From the NCBI GenBank assembly GCA_015232455.1, contig JADFZQ010000018.1, forward strand, positions 318 to 64,317: a DNA stretch of 64,000 nt, in the 5' to 3' direction. Made by a program: the position numbers and the translations under genes. The notes under the pieces were generated by a model that was given only the letters and a program-made list of their open reading frames with translations, had not been told where the DNA came from and made no database searches. The stretch comes from Desulfamplus sp. GTDB taxonomy: Bacteria > Desulfobacterota > Desulfobacteria > Desulfobacterales > Desulfobacteraceae. Below are positions 61,958-64,000 of the stretch, piece after piece (the first letter of the stretch is position 1; each line of letters begins with the position of its first letter).

Positions 61958-63520
61958 ATGGAATACTTTGTCGTAATCAGTGCAATATGTGGTGCCTCGT
62001 TCGGAGCTGGGACTGCATATTGGCTTACTATAAAACAATTAAAATACCGCTTAGAAGAGGCTACTAAAGAAGAGTTTCGTATTATTGAAGATGCAAGAAA
62101 AAAAGCTGAAACTCTTATAAAAGATGCTCAACTTGAGGCTAAAAGCCGTCTTCTTGAGATGAAAAGCGTATTTGATAGTGAAACAGGAGAGGCAAGAGCA
62201 GAGCTTAAAAAAGAGGAACGCCGCCTTTTACAACGAATCGAAAATATTGATAAACGTCAAGATCAATTTCAAAAAAGGGAAATTGAGTTTCAGTCAAAGG
62301 AAAAAGAGTTAAATAGCCGTATTGAAACATTGACAGCTAAGGAGCAGGAATATCTACAATTACTTGATGATACGAAAAAAGAGTTAGAAAAAATCTCAGG
62401 ATTAACTTCTGAGCAGGCAAAAGAGATACTTATGAAAAGCATGGAAAACGAAGCTCGACATGAAGGTGCAATGCTTGTCAAAAGAATTACCAGTGAAGCT
62501 AAAGAGCGAGCAGATAAAGAGGCAAAGAAGATTATTTCTACAGCTATTCAAAGGTATGCAGGCGATTTTGTAGCAGAACGAACCGTATCTGTTGTCCAGC
62601 TACCGGGTGATGATATGAAAGGTAGAATTATTGGAAGAGAGGGTAGAAATATCAGAGCTCTTGAAGCAGCAACAGGAATTGATTTGATTATTGATGATAC
62701 ACCCGAAGCGGTTATATTATCTGGTTTTAATCCTGTAAGAAGGGAGATTGCAAGAATATCTCTAACTCGCCTTATATCTGATGGAAGAATTCATCCAGCA
62801 AGAATTGAAGATGTTGTTGCAAGAGTTACTGAAGAGGTTGAGATAATTATAAAAGAGGCTGGAGAACAAGCAGCGTTCGATCTTGGTGTGCATGGCATTA
62901 ATAGTGAGCTGATTAAAGTTTTGGGACAACTTAAGTTTCGGACAAGCTATGCCCAAAATGTTCTCCAGCACTCTGTTGAAGTTGCATTTTTAGCTGGAGT
63001 TATGGCTGCCGAACTTGGGCTTAATATCAAACTTGCTAAACGTATGGGACTTTTGCACGACATTGGAAAGGCAATTGACCATGAAGTTGATGGACCTCAC
63101 GCATTAATTGGTTCAAAACTTGCGAAGAAACATGGAGAATCGGATGCTGTGGTAAATGCGATTGCTTCACACCATGAAGATAAAATGCCAGAAAGTGTTT
63201 ATGACTATATAGTTCAGGCTGCTGACGCACTATCAGGAGCAAGACCAGGTGCAAGAAAAGAGACTTTAGAAAATTACATAAAACGACTTGAAGAGTTAGA
63301 AAGTGTTGCAAACTCTTTTGAAGGTGTTTCAAATACCTATGCAATACAGGCGGGTAGAGAGATTAGGGTACTTGTTGAAAGTGATAAAATTTCTGATACA
63401 GATTCGGTTTTATTGAGTAGAGATATTGCACAAAAGATTGAAGCAACTCTAACATTTCCAGGCCAGATAAAAGTTGTTGTAATAAGAGAGACTCGAGCAG
63501 TTGAATACACAAACAAATAG
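61958..63520 (+). CDS. rny: Ribonuclease Y
   Basis: N-terminal TM, coiled coil, KH ([14 protein letters not shown]), HD (LLHDIGKA) and [11 protein letters not shown]. Confidence 0.97.
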   Translation: MEYFVVISAICGASFGAGTAYWLTIKQLKYRLEEATKEEFRIIEDARKKAETLIKDAQLEAKSRLLEMKSVFDSETGEARAELKKEERRLLQRIENIDKRQDQFQKREIEFQSKEKELNSRIETLTAKEQEYLQLLDDTKKELEKISGLTSEQAKEILMKSMENEARHEGAMLVKRITSEAKERADKEAKKIISTAIQRYAGDFVAERTVSVVQLPGDDMKGRIIGREGRNIRALEAATGIDLIIDDTPEAVILSGFNPVRREIARISLTRLISDGRIHPARIEDVVARVTEEVEIIIKEAGEQAAFDLGVHGINSELIKVLGQLKFRTSYAQNVLQHSVEVAFLAGVMAAELGLNIKLAKRMGLLHDIGKAIDHEVDGPHALIGSKLAKKHGESDAVVNAIASHHEDKMPESVYDYIVQAADALSGARPGARKETLENYIKRLEELESVANSFEGVSNTYAIQAGREIRVLVESDKISDTDSVLLSRDIAQKIEATLTFPGQIKVVVIRETRAVEYTNK

Positions 63521-63550
63521 CTAAGTAATTGTTTAAAATTGAACAATTTA

Positions 63551-63576
63551 CAAGCTATATCTCAAAATATAGCTTG
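63551..63576. other. Hairpin between rny and tyrS
   Basis: CAAGCTATAT / ATATAGCTTG 10-bp arms. Confidence 0.45.
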
Positions 63577-63598
63577 ATTTTATAGGGAGTTAATTTAA

Positions 63599-64000
63599 AT
63601 GAATATCCTTGACATATTGAAAGAGCGTGGATTTATTGAATCTGTTACCCATGAAGAGGAATTAAGAGATTATCTTAATAATAAATCAACTTGCTATATT
63701 GGCTTTGATCCTACAGCATCAAGTCTTCATGTGGGAAGTCTTGTCTGTATTATGGCTTTGACACACATGCAACGAATGGGACATAGACCAATAGCGTTAG
63801 TAGGCGGTGGAACAGGATTGATTGGTGATCCAAGTGGTAAAACTGAAATGCGTAAAGTTATTACTCAAGAGCAAATTGATGAAAACAAAAAGGGAATAAA
63901 AAAACAACTTTCAAAATTTCTTAACTTTGAAGATGGCAATGCCCTGTTACTTGATAATGGAGATTGGCTGACATCGCTTCATTATATTCCATTTTTGCGA
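63599..64000 (+). CDS. tyrS: Tyrosine--tRNA ligase, 5' part (runs off the window; absent from the ORF track)
   Basis: MNILDILKERGF...YIGFDPTASSLHVGSL...LVGGGTGLIGDPSGK, after a GGGAG RBS. Confidence 0.95.
   Translation, partial: MNILDILKERGFIESVTHEEELRDYLNNKSTCYIGFDPTASSLHVGSLVCIMALTHMQRMGHRPIALVGGGTGLIGDPSGKTEMRKVITQEQIDENKKGIKKQLSKFLNFEDGNALLLDNGDWLTSLHYIPFLR

Noticed and set aside
63521-63598. T-box leader for tyrS
   Set aside because: The gap is only 78 nt and has no T-box motif.

Overview
A low-GC (AT-rich intergenic) bacterial chromosome segment. Gene content and order point to a sulfate-reducing Desulfobacterota, probably Desulfobacterales-like (inference). The right third is core genome: mreBCD-mrdA-rodA, the split F1Fo operon atpF'FHAGDC, an N-terminal-only GlmU, zapB-zapA-6S RNA-rny and the start of tyrS. 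The left and middle carry a 5S rRNA, a PHP nuclease/phosphatase, recJ, an MCP, a fused CdaA-CdaR c-di-AMP cyclase and nfeD-SPFH. A Tat-exported selenocysteine formate dehydrogenase follows (fdnG is split in the ORF track at the Sec UGA; then fdnH, fdhE). It is flanked by an uncharacterised signalling module: MauE/DoxX, a periplasmic binding protein, a kinase with a 4-Cys insert in its HAMP domain, REC-STAS, TlpA and a GAF-GAF-TM-pseudo-rhodanese. Further on are a FapA protein with MshEN-like repeats directly behind a long RSH with a degenerate synthetase, an NtrC-type activator, UvrD, and an Ehr (hydrogenase-4-like, no NiFe ligands) operon. Two MazF toxin-antitoxin modules sit inside operons. 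Non-coding highlights are a candidate sigma-54-driven small RNA with an anti-Shine-Dalgarno/anti-AUG segment (about 8305-8396) and three families of small dispersed palindromic repeats, including six 28-nt GTAG...CTAC elements. No tRNA, CRISPR array or intact transposase was seen. All calls come from reading the sequence; no database searches were run.
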